This document shows, one piece after another, positions 34,407 through 45,607 of a stretch of 64,000 nucleotides of DNA. The position numbers and the translations under genes were made by a program. Within the stretch, counting starts at the first letter, position 1; each line of letters begins with the position of its first letter. A model generated the notes under the pieces. That model made no database searches, was not told where the DNA came from, and worked only from the letters and a program-made list of their open reading frames with translations. This DNA comes from Planktothrix sp. GU0601_MAG3 (lineage in GTDB: Bacteria > Cyanobacteriota > Cyanobacteriia > Cyanobacteriales > Microcoleaceae), in assembly GCA_035193785.1 (NCBI GenBank), contig CP136572.1:3412578-3476577 (forward strand). Direction: 5' to 3'.

Positions 34407-37400
34407 CTAAATCCTAGTCAGAATGTCGATCGCCTCTAGCTGAAAATTATCGACAAGAGAAGTCAGGGTTTCGATCAGAAATTGATGCTCCGGTGGAATT
34501 TCAGCAATCAGTTGAAAAATTCGGTGATCATTGAGATCCAGCGCTGCTTCATGGACTTGATTGATCCATGCAGGGGGCATAATTTGCAAATGTTCTGAAG
34601 TTAGGGTTTTAGAAACCGTTGGGGTAGGTTTCAGGAGGGGCAGGTTCAGCATAGCGATATTCCAAACCCAAATATTGAGCCATTTTCTGAAACAATAGTT
34701 GCTCTTGGAAGGGCTTGCTCATATAGTCGTTACAACCCGCAGCCAGGGCTAGGCTGCGATCACTTTGGGAAGCTTGGGCGGTGAGGGCGATAATAATACT
34801 GTCTTTTCCCTGTTCAAGTGCCCGAATTTGCTTTGTGGCCTCATATCCATCCAAAACGGGCATCCGAATATCCATCCAGGTCAAATCAGGTTGCCATTCT
34901 CGCCATAGTTGTACGGCTTCGAGTCCATTACTGGCTTCTCTGACCTCCAATCCCAACTGAGTTAATAACTTCACCAGTAATAGGCGATTCTCCTCCCGAT
35001 CATCAACGACTAAAATTCGATGATGAGCATTACCCGGGGCTAACCCCAGGATTAGGCGATCGCTCTGTTCCCGTATGACCTCAACACCATTGCTAAGGGC
35101 GACTCTCAAGCTGAAACTAAAGGCTGTTCCTTCTCCTATTGTACTCCTAACGGAAATGTCTCCCCCCATCATTTGTAGGAGTTTTCGGCTAATGGTCAAT
35201 CCTAACCCCGTACCACTCACCGTTTGCCTTCCGGCTTGAGCTTGGACAAAGGCATCAAAGATGCAGTCGAGTTCCTCCGGGGCAATGCCCACCCCGGTAT
35301 CCACGACCTCAAATTGCAGAAGGGCATGGGTTGGAAGTTGAACTTCCCCAGGAAGATGCCGCACCTGTAGGGTAATGCGTCCTTGATGGGTGAATTTAAT
35401 GGCATTTCCCAGCAGATTAATTAAAACTTGACGCAGTTTTTGAGCATCGGTTTTAATCCATTGGGGAACATCTGGATCAATCTCAAAACTCAGTTCTAGC
35501 CCCTTAGAACTAGCCCTTTCTGCTAACATATTTCGCAGGGAATGGAGCAGGTTAATTAAGTCAAAGTCCGTTTCTTCTAAGGTGCAGTGTCCCGATTCAA
35601 TTTTAGACAGATCTAAAACATCATTAATTAAACTTAAAAGGTGATCGCCACTGCGTCGAATAGTTTGCAGGTCTTCTTGTAAATCGGGAGTCAGGGCCGG
35701 ATCATGGGCCATGACCTGGGCAAATCCTAAAATCACATTTAAGGGGGTGCGGAGTTCGTGACTCATATTAGCCAGGAAAATACTTTTAGCTAAATTAGCC
35801 TGTTTCTGCGGCTTCCATTGCCTGTGTGAGAGCGATTTCTTTTTGTTTGCGATCGCTAATATCTCGACAAATACAAAAATGCAAAACCTCTCCGTCTAAA
35901 ATCACCCGACTGTAACTAATTTCCACATCATATTTAGAACCATCTTTGCGTTTATGTTTGGTTTCAAAAAGTGGCATGACGACATCGCTATTGATGATGA
36001 TTTGCAGTTCTTCTTTTGTCCATTGAGCATCCCAATCTACTAAATTCAAGCTCAAAGTTTCTTCTAGGGTATAACCCAGCATCTGGGCAAAACTAGGACT
36101 GGACTGTATGACATCTCCTCGGTAATTCATCACAACCACACCGTCCATTGAGGTATTGAATAAAGTTTTGGTTCGCAGAAGTTCTTTTTCTAAATTCAGT
36201 TCTGCTTTTCGGCGTTCGGCTTCGAGTTTTGCCCTTTCACTAATATCCTTCATAAAGCAATAATGACCTGATAGTTGATGCTGTTCGTCGTAGGTGGCAA
36301 TCATCACTAATTGTTTATAAAAAATCGAACTATCTTTACGAATACCAATGGTTTCTACCTCGACTCTACCCTCTTTTACCATCTGATTATAAACGACAAT
36401 TAATTTTTCCAGTTCATCGGGATGTACGGTTTTTTCCCAGGACATTCCTATCATTTCTTCCGGCTGATAACCCGTGATTTGAGCGTAGGTTTTATTAACA
36501 TAGATATAACGACCTGTAACATCTAATCTGGAAATCCCAGATACGGCATTTTCCATAACTTCACTCAGTTCTTTGCGCTCGGATTCTACCTGTTTCTTAT
36601 CGGTAATATCTTCCGAAAAACAGAGTAAATATTGGGGTTGATGCCGTTCATCATAAATCGGGATTTTGACCGTATGTAGCCAACGTTTACCTAAACTCAA
36701 ACTACTCACCACTTCTTCAGGAATATCCTCTTTATTCCCTGTTTCTAAGACTTTTCTATCTTTTTGATTAAAAAATTCTGCCTGTTTCCCTGGGGAATAA
36801 GTCATAGACGGTTTTACCAACAGCATCTTCTGCGGAAATGCCAAATAACTGTTCGCTGGTTTTATTCCAAAACTGAAATACTCCAAATTTTTCCGGCTGC
36901 ATATTTTTCACAAAAACAGCAACGGGTAAATGATTCAGGAGGGCTTGTAAAAAATTACGAGTTTGTTGAATTTTATTCTCAGCTTCCTTGAGTGGGGTAA
37001 TATCAACGAACATAATTATCACTTGTTTGAGTTGATGATCAGAATCAAATTCACAGAAAGCATTAACCAAAACCCAAACCCGAGAAAGGTTAACCCGATT
37101 AATTCCTAATACATAATCCTTAAAAGGCTGTTTCGTAGATAGAGCAAGATAGATGGGATATTCCTCAAGGGGCATTGGGGTTCCATCTTCCCGAAAAAAA
37201 TGCCATGCGGGATCAATTGCTGTTTTTCCCATCATTTGATCCATGGATAGACCTAATAATTCACAGGCGATTAAATTACAGACTAAAATTTTAGTATCAG
37301 CCCCATGAATGACAAATCCCATACTTAAATTATTGATCAATTCTCGATAACGGGATTCACTTTGTTGTAGTGAAACTTCGGCTTGTTTTTGTCGGGTGAT

Positions 37401-38646
37401 GTTGCGATCAATTTTAGAGATGCCGATAATATTTTCCTTCTCGTTTTTGATGGGAGAAATACTAATAGAAACATCAATAATATTTCCATCTTTCTTGAGT
37501 CGTTTGCTCTGATAATGATCAATCCGTTCTCCTTGGAGAATCCGTTGCATGAGTGCCTGTTCCTGATGATGATAGTTTGGGGGAATCAGTTTTAAGATTG
37601 ATTCTCCTACGATCTCTGAGGCCGTATAACCAAAAACTCTTTCCGCGCCTTGGTTCCAATTTATAATAATACCATCTAAATTTTCGCCGATAATTGCATC
37701 TTCTGAGAATTCAACAATTGCCGCTAATTGGGTTAGGGCTATTTCCACTTGTTTCCGTTGATATATTTCCCGTTGTAATTGGTGATTGGTTTTTTGTAAT
37801 TGATGGATTTGACGTTGACTGATTTGTACCAAATACATCACTAATACAGATAACCAAACTAAAAATAATCCCCCAATTAGAACAACAATTGGTAAGGGAG
37901 TAGTTGCTTTTTTGATTAAGGCTGGAGTTGGGAAAACAACCACTCGCCAGTTAGTACCATAGGCTTTAACCATAACGGTTTTTTCCAGTCCGGTAGCTGA
38001 GGGAATTCCGGGTTGAGCATAAATTAATTCTGTACGATCATAAATTGCTATTTTATAGTCCGGTGACCGTCTTAAAATGTTGTCAAATAGGGTTTTAAAT
38101 TCAAAAATTCCCAGAATAAATCCATCAAACCGATCATTTACAAATAAAGGCACGGCGGCGATAAAACCTTGATTTCCTTGAACCCAATTCAGGCGGCGGG
38201 TTAAAATAGTTTGATTGAGATCTCGAGCGACTTTTAAGATAATGTGGCGGTGGGGTTCTTGATTGAGATCAATATTGTTGATAATGTCGTTTTTATCCCT
38301 AGCTACAACCCAGCGCACAATAAAGCTAGAGTCAATCCATTCAATTCCTTGATAACCGGCAAAATTATCAATATAAGCCTGGGAATCAGCTTCCCAAAGT
38401 TCCCTTGACTTACCGCCACTGACCTGCCAGCGATTCGCCATTTGCTGTAGGGTCAATATCCGGGTGGTGAGTTTCCTTACTCAGTTGTAACTCAATGCCA
38501 TTGGCTTCGGTGCTAATTGATTGCTGAAGTTGGAATTGTTGATGCAGGTATAGTCGTGCCACCAGAAAAAAAATAGCCACAGAAGCTATTATACCTAATA
38601 ACAAAGGCAAAAGTTTTTTCCGAGGTGTTTGGCTGAGAATTTTCAT
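34407..38646 (-). CDS. Membrane hybrid histidine kinase CHASE-multi-PAS-HisKA-HATPase-REC (indels at 38471, 36784, 35802, 34628)
   Basis: Two TM segments around a CHASE-like domain, several PAS/PAC units, ANMSHELRTPLN, GTGLGL, WMDIRMP. Confidence 0.85.
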
Positions 38647-38665
38647 TGTTTAAATGGGGAGTATC

Positions 38666-39295
38666 TCAAGGATGAGAAATTACTGGGTCGATAGAAGCTT
38701 CAATCCCTCTAATTAAACAAGACAAAGGAATCACACCCGCAACAAAGATTAAATAACCTCTGACGGAATTGTGACGGAATTCAAAGGTCGTATCAACCAT
38801 TAAAACATAACGGACTTCATTTCTACTTAACATTAGGGATTTGACTAAATCGGGTAGGGGTTCAATTTGGAATGTAGGCATAGAAAAGGTAAATTGACAT
38901 CCCATTAAAGTACCTAACAGACCAACATAGGAATTTAATAAAATATTGCCCGTTTCGGTTAAAACTTCGCAGGCAGAAATATTCAAATAGACAATCTGAT
39001 CTTTACTATTCTGTTGGAGTAAATTTGTTAATTGAATAGCACAAGAATAATTTAAAAGTAATAAAGCATCTCCACTAATTGAGCCTTTAAAGAATTGATG
39101 AATACTCACAACATCTTCCTTAAAATGTTGGGGAAATTGCAGAGTTAATTTACTCAAAGAAGATAAGGAAACCCCTGCAACTGTCATTTTAACATCGGAA
39201 CCAATCAACTTTGATAGGGCCTTTGCTGTTGTTGTGGAGAGAGCCATTCTCATAAACTCAGATAACGCTATTTTTTGCTTTTCAGTGAGTAGCAT
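38666..39295 (-). CDS. cheC: CheC-like phosphatase
   Basis: ALSEF...ALSKL, F.GSISGDALL, EVLTETGNILLNS (ExxN motif). Confidence 0.78.
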   Translation of the reverse strand: MLLTEKQKIALSEFMRMALSTTTAKALSKLIGSDVKMTVAGVSLSSLSKLTLQFPQHFKEDVVSIHQFFKGSISGDALLLLNYSCAIQLTNLLQQNSKDQIVYLNISACEVLTETGNILLNSYVGLLGTLMGCQFTFSMPTFQIEPLPDLVKSLMLSRNEVRYVLMVDTTFEFRHNSVRGYLIFVAGVIPLSCLIRGIEASIDPVISHP

Positions 39296-39342
39296 TTGTA
39301 AACCTTTTTTGTTATTAATTATTGATTTTCTATTTTTTTTTG

Positions 39343-40399
39343 TTATAAAACTTCTAAAATGGTCTGTGCCATATCAGATAAAGAAATTTGGCGATCGCTT
39401 AACCCCGAATCCACCACCGACCGAGGCATTCCGTAGACAATACAAGTTTCCTCCGATTCGGTAAAGACTGAACCCCCAGAAGACTTAATCCAGGCTGCAC
39501 CCTCTTTCCCATCGGAACCCATTCCGGTCATCACAATTCCCAAAACCCGATTGCCATAAACCTCAGCCGCCGATTGAAACATCACATCAACCGAGGGACG
39601 ATGGGGCATATCAAAGGGTTGGGCGACTAAACGGACTACCACCTGATCTCCTTGACGTTTAAAGGTTAAATGACGTCCGGCGGGGGCGATAAAAACCATA
39701 CCCGCAGAGATAATTTGTCCATCGGTTGCTTCTACCACTTTCAAATCAGATAATTGATCCAATCGTTCCGCATACATTTTGGTATAACCAATGGGCATAT
39801 GTAAAACGATGGCAATGGGGATGGGAAAATTACTGGGTAACTGCGGAATTAAAAAGGCTAAGGCTTGGGGGCCGCCAGTGGAAATTCCAATCACAATTAA
39901 ATCGGTAACACTCTTACGGGTCAGGGGTTGAACGGGATGCGCCGGATGGGTAGACTTCACCAAAAAGGGAAGGGGAAGACGCTTGAGGGGAACATTGGCG
40001 GCGGCCTTGACTTTATCAATTAATTCTTCCGCCAGTTTCATACATTTTTTCCGTCGCTAAAGCCGTAGGTTTATGGACAAAATCCACCGCCCCCGCATCT
40101 AAAGCCGCTAAGACCATTTCCCCTCCTTCATTGGCAATACTGACAACAATCACCGGGATGGGATGTCGTGCCATTTGTCGCCGCAGAAACTCCACCCCAT
40201 CAATTTTAGGCATTAATAAATCTAGGGTAATCACATCGACTTGATCGGCCATCTGTTCTAGTTTTTCTAGGGCTTCTTCCCCATCGTGGGCCGTTCCTAC
40301 CACTTCAATAAAGGGACTGCGAGACAGCATTTGTTTAACCACTTTCCGCACATAAGCCGAATCATCAACTACTAAAACTCGAATAATTTGACTATTCAT
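39343..40399 (-). CDS. cheB: Chemotaxis REC-methylesterase (+1 indel at 40035)
   Basis: VLVVDDSA..., GISTGGP, VLHMP, RPSVDVMF, MTGMGSDG, VYGMP. Confidence 0.93.
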
Positions 40400-40511
40400 T
40401 GTTATGCTCCTTGGTTATAAAAATTGAGAGTTATACCCAACTATAAATTTAGCATTTTTGCTCTAATTATGCAGTTGTTCTTTCCTATACTTTATCTAAG
40501 TAAAAAGCAGG

Positions 40512-41372
40512 TTATTTTTTTTGTTTTGTATAAATAAATGCACCCCCAATTTCCTGTAACTCAAAATTTGTTTTGATTTTAATTAATGATTCCGAAGCAC
40601 TTAAAAACAAATAACCTGGGTTAAACATTCTTTGATAAAAAAAATTCACCGTCTTGGCAATAGATGCCTCGGAAAAATAGATAAAAACATTCCGACAAAA
40701 AACAAAATGAGCTTGGGCTAAATATTGGATATCTGATTCCACCAATAAGTTATTCACCGACCAATGAACTCGATTATGAATTAGGGGAGAAATCTGCCAT
40801 CCTTGTTCATGGACAGAAAAATATTTCGCTTTTAAGGATTCAGGAAAACCACGAAAGGAGTATTGTCGATAGACTCCCGATACGGCTTTATTAATCGCCC
40901 GAGAAGACGCATCACTCGCCCAAATTTCAATCGGAATCCGCTCAAACCAACCCGCTTCATGTAAGGCGATCGCAATGCTTAAAGGTTCTTCTCCCGTTGA
41001 ACAAGCCGCACTCCAAATCCGCAGAGGTTGACCGGAATAGGAAAGGTCATAAAACCGCTCTAAATATTTTGGTAACAACACCTCGACTAAAACTTTGATT
41101 TGGTCATACTCGCGCCAAAAATAGGTTTCCTGCACCGTTAAAGCATTAATCACTTCCTGCCATTCGACCGATGCTGATTGATCATATTTAAGCAAATAAT
41201 AATAGTCTAAAAATGATTCTAAACCCCGCTCTTTTACTCTAATTGATAGCTTATCTGCCAATATTGTCTGTTTGGAAACACTATAAAACAATCCAGTCCG
41301 TTCATGGATTAGATCTCGTAAAATAACAAAGGTACTATCGCTTAAATCAAGAGGTTCTGAAGAAAATTTCAT
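40512..41372 (-). CDS. cheR: Chemotaxis methyltransferase
   Basis: TVQETYFWRE, RIWSAACSTGEEPLS, FCRNVFIYF. Confidence 0.93.
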   Translation of the reverse strand: MKFSSEPLDLSDSTFVILRDLIHERTGLFYSVSKQTILADKLSIRVKERGLESFLDYYYLLKYDQSASVEWQEVINALTVQETYFWREYDQIKVLVEVLLPKYLERFYDLSYSGQPLRIWSAACSTGEEPLSIAIALHEAGWFERIPIEIWASDASSRAINKAVSGVYRQYSFRGFPESLKAKYFSVHEQGWQISPLIHNRVHWSVNNLLVESDIQYLAQAHFVFCRNVFIYFSEASIAKTVNFFYQRMFNPGYLFLSASESLIKIKTNFELQEIGGAFIYTKQKK

Positions 41373-41397
41373 ATCATAGCAGTAATCAGTAATCAGT

Positions 41398-41572
41398 TAT
41401 AGCGCTACGCGCTAGGGAACAGGGAACAGGGAACAGGGAACAGGGAACAGGGAACAGGGAACAGGGAACAGGGAACAGGGAACAGGGAACAGGGAACAGG
41501 GAACAGGGAACAGGGAACAGGGAATGAGTTTCTGGATTTAGAAGTGTCCTAACTGTAATGCGTAGCGCTATA
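41398..41572. mobile_element. MITE-like element with TIRs TATAGCGCTACGC/GCGTAGCGCTATA and internal (GGGAACA)n
   Basis: Perfect 13-bp inverted ends including a flanking TA, inserted in a (TCAGTTA)n tract. Confidence 0.75.
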
Positions 41573-42072
41573 TCAGTTATCAGTTATCAGTTATCAGTTA
41601 TCAGTTATCAGTCATCAGTTGTTAGTTGTCAGTTGTTAGCTATCAGTTATTAGCTATCAGTTATTAGCTATCAGTTATTAGTTATTAGCTATCAGTTATT
41701 AGTTATTAGTTATTAGTTATTGGTTATTGGCTGTCAGTTGTTGGCTATTAGCTATTAGGTGTTAGTTATTAGGTATTAGGTATTAGTTATCAGTTGTTAG
41801 TTGTTAGTAATGCTACCTATTTATAGATAGTTACTTTTACATAATTTTATTTATTTCACTGATAACTGTTGACTAATAACTCTTAACTGTTGACTGTTGA
41901 CTGTTGACTCTTAACTGTTAACTGTTAACTGTTAACTGTTAACTGTTAACTGTTAACTGTTAACTCCTAACTGTTAACTCCTAACTGTTAACTCTTAACT
42001 GTTAACTCCTAACTGTTAACTCTTAACTGTTAACTCCTAACTGATAACTGATAACTGATAACTGATAACTGA
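41573..42072. repeat. Degenerate heptamer field (TTATCAG/TTATTAG)n followed by its reverse complement (CTGTTAA/CTGATAA)n
   Basis: Direct reading. Confidence 0.9.
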
Positions 42073-45000
42073 TTATTGGTGTATTCCTTTTTGAGCCGCT
42101 CGACGAACCACGGCGGAAGAGTCATTCCGGGCTAATATTCCCAACTTTTCAGTACAAGAACGATTACCCAGGTAGACCAAAGCGTTAACCGCAGCTAAAC
42201 GGACGTTTTGATCCTGGTCATTCAAAGCACTGATTAAAATTTCCGAAGCAAAAGGATGTTTGAGGCGTTTTAGCACTTCCACCACCGCACAGCGCACCGC
42301 CGGATGGACATGGTTTAACCCCTGACTAATGCCCTCAATATAGTCCTCCTTGAGGGTAGAAACTATCCAAATTGCGAGAAGCCAAGGCCAAAATACAAGA
42401 CTCCCGACTACTCGGATCAACCGACAACTCCAATAAAGCCGCGATCGCCTCAGAAGTTCCCATCCGCGAGAGGGACTCAATGGCCGCCTGAACCACTTTT
42501 TCCTCTGGATCAGCCGCGGCCATCCATTGCAAAGCCACTCCCGCCTCCTCCCCGCCCCGTTCTCGAAAGGCATGGAGGGCATCCAAACGGCGTTCGGGAT
42601 TCGTCGAATTCAAAGCCATCAATAAAGGAGCCACCGCCCCCGGACTATCAATGCGTCCCAAAGCAATCACCGCAGCCCTAGCCACATCCCCATCCCCGAC
42701 ATCAACCTCCACCAAAGAAGTTAGTAGAGGAATAGCTCGGTCGCCCCCAATGTAACCTAAAGCCGAAGTTGCCGCCGCCCGAACAGGATAGGCAGAATCC
42801 TTGACCACCAGATGTTGTAAAACCTCAAACACCGCCATCAGGGTTTCATCCTCAGCGAGCACTAACTCCGTTAAATCCAGACGGCTAATCGAACGGGAGG
42901 CTTGATAGCGTACCCAAGAATCCTGATCCTGCAAAGCCGTTAATAGATAGGGGAGAACCACCGTGGTTTCCAAATCCCCCAGGGCATGGGCAACGGCGGC
43001 TCGCACCGAGGGAACCTCCTGCCTCAAAGCCATCACCAACAGGGGTACAACCCGTTCATCCTCAATGTAAGGTAAATGCTCAATCGTCGCCCGTCGAACT
43101 TTTTCTTCCGGGTCATGGACACAGTTTAAGAGGGCTTCAATACACTCACTAAAGGCAAAATAGCCCGCAATTTTAACCGCCGACTCCCGAATAATCGGAT
43201 CAGGATCGGTGAGTAAATGTAGAATTCGTTCGGGTAGGGCAGGATGGCCGAGGGAATTTAAGGCCGCGATCGCCCCCAAACGCACGGCGGAATCGGGATG
43301 TCCCAATAATCCCAATAAAGCCTCAAAAGCTCTGGCATCCCCAATTTGGGCTAAAGCAGCCGTAGTCACCATCACCAACTCCCCATCCTCCCCGAGTAAA
43401 CGGGTGAGGGCAGGCACCGCCTGATTACTGCCAATCCTACCCAGTACCGTAATCACAGCCTTCTGCGTTTCTAAATCCGGGGCATCTAATTGGGAAATTA
43501 ATAAAGAAGTGATGGAAACCGCCAAACTTAACCAAAGCCTCAATAATTGGTTCTTGCAACTCGGCATGATTCAAGAGTTCCGTCAGGGCGACGGCCACAC
43601 TTTGCCCGTCCAACCATCCCAGAATCAGGGCAAGGGACTTTAATTCCTCAGCATTTGCGGTTTTAATTGCATCGAGTAGGTTCTGAGTCCCTAAATCATC
43701 TACGCCACGGCGGGTCAGATCCGCAATAAACGCTCCTTCCCCAAATTCATTTTGATAGCGCTGATAAATCTTAGCCAAGGCGATCGCCAAAACCCCTACC
43801 GAACAGGGAAATTTGTCGATATCGGGTTGATTTAGAAAAGCAGCCAGAGGTGTCACCACCTCCGCATCGCCCATGGCCCCCAAGACGTCAGCCACCTGAT
43901 TTCCCAGGAATTCATCACTCAACAGATCAACAATTCGAGAACAAATAGTGGTGTCTCCAATTTTCATCAGGGCTTCCAAGGCCGGGAAAGCTAAAAAGAA
44001 ATCCCCGGACTGAGTAATTTCCACCAACTTATCCACCGCATCCGTCGCCAGCAGATGTCCCAGGGATTCAATTGTGTGATAGCGAACATTCACATTGGGA
44101 TCATCGAGTGCCCGAATTAAGGCTGGAATTGCCCTAGGGTCGTGGCGTTCTCCCAGGGCTAAAGCCGTATAAATCCGTAAATCTGGATCAGGATCATTTA
44201 AACAGACCACCAGAGAAGGAATCGGATCAATCTGGCTGAGAACCAAGACCTGAAGCACACTATTGAGAATATCAGGATTGCGGTGTTGTTCTCGCAGCAA
44301 GCGCAACAAATCCTGGGTTAAGTTCGGATCATCCTGCATAGCCAAGCTATCGACGGCCTCCCGCCGCACCCGCCAATTTAGGGTTTTTTGGATTAACGGC
44401 ATTAAACGTCCTGTGATAGAAAGATCTCCAATTTGCATCAGGGCATCTAAAGCCGGAAACCCTAGGAAAAAGTCTTGGGATTGAGCAATTTTGAGCAGGG
44501 GATCAATGGCGTCTCTAGCTTTCAAACGTCCTAATGCTTCAATGGCGTGATAACAAACATTGGTATCCGCATCCGCCAAAGCCAAAATCAGAGCAGGAAC
44601 GGCCCTGGGGTCGTCCCGTTGTCCTAGGGCTTGGGCAGCATAAATTCTGAGTTCTGGGTCAGGATCTTGCAAACACTCGATTAAAGCTGGGATTAAATCC
44701 ACCCGACTCAGTGCCAAAACCTGAATCACGCTATTAACAATTGTGGCATTGCGGTGTTCCTGACGCAAAAGCCGTAACAATTCTGTTGTAATTTCTGGGT
44801 TATAACTGGCGGTTAACTGTTGCACCAGTTCCTGTCTAGTCTGCCAATTGCTTTCTTGCAGGGCATTCATAAAGTCGGTGGTATTCGGAGAGACACCTTG
44901 ACCGAGGCTCTCCGACACCGAAAACAACAAATTCTGATGCTGTTCGTTGGTCAGCCTAGAATAAGAAGCATCAAAAGCCGATGGACTCCCCTCCCGCAGA

Positions 45001-45381
45001 TAATTTTGGGAAATATCTACCTCCCGTTCCCGTCGAGCCGTCACATCTTCGATAGTGACAATGGTTCCCACAATCACATTTTTTTCCCGTAGGGGGGTAA
45101 TGGTAACCCGTTGCTGCATATATTGAAAGTGCTCAGACGAGTTTAAAGGCGGACAGGGAATCAGGTATTGGTGGAAAGCCGGGGCCATGGTTTCCACTAC
45201 CCCTTGAGTCAGTACCCGTTGAAATCGTTCTAATAAACCCCGTTGTTCTAAATCAGGAATCAGATCGGTAATTCGTTGGCCACAACTCATGTCTGCACCA
45301 ATTCCGGTCAGTTTCCAATAATCGGGAATCCCAAGAACGGACGGTTAAATTTATATCGGTTGTAAAAATACCAATAGTCAT
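42073..45381 (-). CDS. PAS + HEAT/PBS-lyase repeat protein, about 1100 aa (indels at 45311, 43515, 42359)
   Basis: N-terminal IGIFTTDINLTVRSWD PAS motif; many L.DPD..VR..A..ALG repeats; ~155-aa internal duplication. Confidence 0.85.
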
Positions 45382-45406
45382 ATTTTTTACTGAGGTGTCT
45401 TAGCTA

Positions 45407-45563
45407 GTAGTGAGGTGTTCACGCCTCAATCTGGTGGTGGGGTGTTCACGCCTCCATCTGGTAGTGAGGTGTTCACGCCTCCATCTGGTAGTGAGGTGTT
45501 CACGCCTCCATCTGGTAGTGGGGTGTTCACGCCTCCATCTGGTAGTGAGGTGTTCACGCCTCA
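45407..45563 (+). repeat. Six tandem 27-bp GTAG-REP-like hairpin units GTAGTGAGGTGTTCACGCCTCCATCTG
   Basis: Units start at 45407, 45434, 45461, 45488, 45515, 45542; no spacers. Confidence 0.93.
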
Positions 45564-45607
45564 ATTTCTCCTCGCCTAATATATTAAATACAGCCCTGAA
45601 GGGCTTA

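Noticed and set aside
45407..45563. CRISPR array
   Set aside because: Repeats are contiguous, with no unique spacers and no cas genes
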